64,000 nt of DNA from Saccostrea cucullata (Eukaryota): NCBI RefSeq assembly GCF_032062105.1, contig NW_026925128.1:186001-250000 (forward strand), given 5' to 3'. The notes beneath the pieces are model-generated. The model ran no database searches. It was not told the origin of the DNA and saw only the letters and a list, made by a program, of their open reading frames with translations. Both the position numbers and the translations under genes were made by a program. Below are positions 61,341-64,000 of this stretch, one piece after another. Within the stretch, counting starts at the first letter, position 1. Each line of letters opens with the position of its first letter.

Positions 61341-64000
61341 TTATCGCCACGTTTTTTTGAACTTCATTGAACCACTCTTTCTTGGTAGAGCGGGTCCTCT
61401 TGGATTATTCCGTGCGAGTACGACTTCTTTATCAAAATCACTCCCGCCAAATTTCTCAGAAAGAATCCGTATAATTTGTTCATGTCTCCCTCTTTTGGCA
61501 ATATGCAATGGACTGAGACCAGCTTTCGAGCGAAGGGTCCCGTTTGCCCCATGTTCAATAAGTGCTTTCACTGATTTATAAGAACCAACATAGCTTGCCT
61601 CATGGAGAGCAGTTTCGCCATTTTCGTTACGTGCATTGACGTCAGCGCCATGTTTCAAGAGAAAAGGTATGCCCTTATGTCCATTATAGCATCCGGCCGC
61701 CAGATGTAAAATAGGTTGTCCTTTTTTGTCACGAGCATTGACGTCTGCACCATGATCAACCAGTGCTTGTACGAACTTCGATGAATCAAATTTATCCAGA
61801 GCCATCATCAACGGTGTGGTTCCTTCTGGATTGCGAACATTCACGTCAGCGTTGTTATTAAGTAAAATGGACAGAGATTCCACATTGTAGTTATCAACCA
61901 CACTTATATACAGAGCTGTATTACCATATTTATCTACCGAGTTGACATTAGCTCCATTTTCTATAAGGAGCTTGACCATGCTGGGGTTGTTTTTCTGTGC
62001 AGCTTTCATCAGTACAGTTACAGCACCGTTACTTGAGCTATAGTTTGCATCCGCACCACACTGTAAGAGAACCTTAACTATCTGAAAATCACCTTCCTCT
62101 ACAGCAGCATAAAGTGGGGATTTGGCAGAAGAACCATCTGAGTTTTTAGGATTGACATCAGCTTTACGCTCTAAAAGAATATCAACGACTTCTTTTAATC
62201 CGGCAGAGCAAGCCAAAAAAAGAGCAGTTGAACCGTCAACAACAGTATTTACATCAGCACCACGGTCCAAAAGAAGCAAAGCCGTTGAGAGACGGTTTCC
62301 TTCTAAAGATTGTTGTAAAGGAGTGTATTTCTCATTATCACCATTGTTATTAATGTCCATGCCATGATCAAGTAATAGTTTCACAATATCAGAATGCCCC
62401 ATAAAACACGCCATATCTAGAGCATTTTGATCGTCTTCGTCATCGCAGATGTCGACGTCAGCATCATTCTTCAGCAAAAGTTTGACCACATTAATCCACC
62501 CTCTTCTTGATGCATTCATTAATGCAGAATTTCCCTCGTCGTCGCATACATTGATTTCCGCCCCATTTTCAATAAGTAAAGCAACAGTTTTCTCGTGTCC
62601 AGAATATGAAGAGGCCAATAAGGGGTTTTTTGAACCGGCACCGTTCACATTACTACCATGACACAACAATTCTTTAACAATTTCATGGTAACCAAATTCC
62701 AATGCAATGAACAATGGACTTTTTTCATTCTTTGAACACAAATTAACATCAGCTTTTTTTGCTAAAAGGATTTTTACAATTTCAATATGACCGTGCTCTG
62801 AAGCAACAAAAAGGGCAGTATTCCCATGTCTGTTAGATTTATTTACATCCGCACCATGATTTAGAAGTTCTTGAACAACATTCCTGTACCCACGACCTGA
62901 AGCAAATATTAATGGAGTGGCTCCACTTTTTGAACATGCATCAACATCAGCGTTGTTCTCCAGTAGTAACGACACAATATCATGATGGCCTTGCTGTGCA
63001 GCCATGTGAAGGGGAGTTATCATAACATTATTGGCTTGATTTACATTTGCTTTATTTTTTATCAGTAAATGGACGGTTAAAAAGTGACCGTTTTTTGAAG
63101 CAGCGATTAACGGCGTATCTTCTTTCTTTGTCCTCAGATTAATATCCAAGTCATAGTTTAATAGCAGCTCTACTACTTGAACATATCCACGAGAGGCTGC
63201 AGAAAACAACGGGCCTATCATTGTGCTTTTTTGAACGATATTTACATCAGCGCCATTTTTTAGAAGCGAATCGACAATTTTTTCGTGGCCATTCTTAGAA
63301 GCAACTAAAACTGCTGAGGTACCTGATGCTAAAGTACAATTTACACAGGGATCGTGCTTTAGGAACATTTTGACAATGTTTGTATGGCCATGTTTACAAG
63401 CTACAAAGAAGGGTGTGTATCCTGTCTCTTCCTTGAGTTCATCAAATGCTCCTTTTGAGAGAAGAAGTTCGACCACGGCATCATAACCATTTAACGATGC
63501 AAAATATAACGGAGTATACCCTCCTTCGGTCCTCATGTGAACATCTGCGCCCTTGTCTAAAAGTAGCTGGACTGTTTCTAAGTTGCCAATCTCAGATGCA
63601 AAGTGTAAAGGAGACACTTTGTTCTTGCCAGTATCATTGACATTTGCACCATTATCGAGCAACAAACGAACAATGTCGACATTTTGTGTCTGACATGTGA
63701 AGGCAAGAGCTGTTGGAAGTTCAACAGGATGGATGTTGACATTCGCACCTTTCCCAACAAGAAGGATCAATGCCTGCATCCGCTTTTCCTCCAATACTTC
63801 GTCTAAGGTTTTACTAGGATCACTGAATTTTACGTTGCGTGCCCAAGAGATATTTTGAAGATTGTATTTTCCTGCCGCTGCCGCTAAGAAGAGGGGAGAT
63901 TCGTTGTTCTGCATAAGCATATTCACATCACATTCTTCATTTAGAATAAGTGATAAAATGGCAACGTTAAGAAAATTTGCAGCTATATGAATAGAAAATA
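61341..64000 (-). CDS. Long ankyrin-repeat protein, 5' end outside the window
   Basis: More than 20 tandem 33-aa ankyrin repeats (TPLHxAxxxGHxxIVxLLLxxGADVN) in one uninterrupted frame; the frame stays open past 63926 to the window edge (FSIHIAANFLNVAILSLILNEECDVN). Confidence 0.93.
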   Translation of the reverse strand, partial: FSIHIAANFLNVAILSLILNEECDVNMLMQNNESPLFLAAAAGKYNLQNISWARNVKFSDPSKTLDEVLEEKRMQALILLVGKGANVNIHPVELPTALAFTCQTQNVDIVRLLLDNGANVNDTGKNKVSPLHFASEIGNLETVQLLLDKGADVHMRTEGGYTPLYFASLNGYDAVVELLLSKGAFDELKEETGYTPFFVACKHGHTNIVKMFLKHDPCVNCTLASGTSAVLVASKNGHEKIVDSLLKNGADVNIVQKSTMIGPLFSAASRGYVQVVELLLNYDLDINLRTKKEDTPLIAASKNGHFLTVHLLIKNKANVNQANNVMITPLHMAAQQGHHDIVSLLLENNADVDACSKSGATPLIFASGRGYRNVVQELLNHGADVNKSNRHGNTALFVASEHGHIEIVKILLAKKADVNLCSKNEKSPLFIALEFGYHEIVKELLCHGSNVNGAGSKNPLLASSYSGHEKTVALLIENGAEINVCDDEGNSALMNASRRGWINVVKLLLKNDADVDICDDEDDQNALDMACFMGHSDIVKLLLDHGMDINNNGDNEKYTPLQQSLEGNRLSTALLLLDRGADVNTVVDGSTALFLACSAGLKEVVDILLERKADVNPKNSDGSSAKSPLYAAVEEGDFQIVKVLLQCGADANYSSSNGAVTVLMKAAQKNNPSMVKLLIENGANVNSVDKYGNTALYISVVDNYNVESLSILLNNNADVNVRNPEGTTPLMMALDKFDSSKFVQALVDHGADVNARDKKGQPILHLAAGCYNGHKGIPFLLKHGADVNARNENGETALHEASYVGSYKSVKALIEHGANGTLRSKAGLSPLHIAKRGRHEQIIRILSEKFGGSDFDKEVVLARNNPRGPALPRKSGSMKFKKTWR

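Overview
AT-rich animal genomic DNA, most likely an oyster or other bivalve (inferred from Cg170/CvA-type Helentron-satellite elements and abundant Naiad-type Penelope-like retroelement fragments). Three protein-coding genes, all on the minus strand: a two-exon NK5/Hmx homeobox gene (exons 17046-16737 and 11812-11172, about 316 aa), a single-coding-exon TRIM protein (RING, two B-boxes, coiled coil, NHL-like propeller; 27985-25523) with an unusual repetitive N-terminus, and the 3' part of a long ankyrin-repeat gene running off the right edge. The rest is about 15 decayed Naiad-like fragments sharing a conserved, foldable 3' terminal motif, several nested transposon stacks (Naiad > mariner-like > Helentron satellite; hAT > Helentron > Helentron), small MITEs with clear TSDs, a ~0.9 kb foldback element, and unique TAAT-rich islands that may be Hmx enhancers. 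The most novel-looking signals are the conserved Naiad 3' RNA structure and an unexplained, densely base-paired, pseudoknot-capable segment at about 205-575. Almost all short ORFs in the track are spurious. Repeat boundaries without a TSD are approximate.
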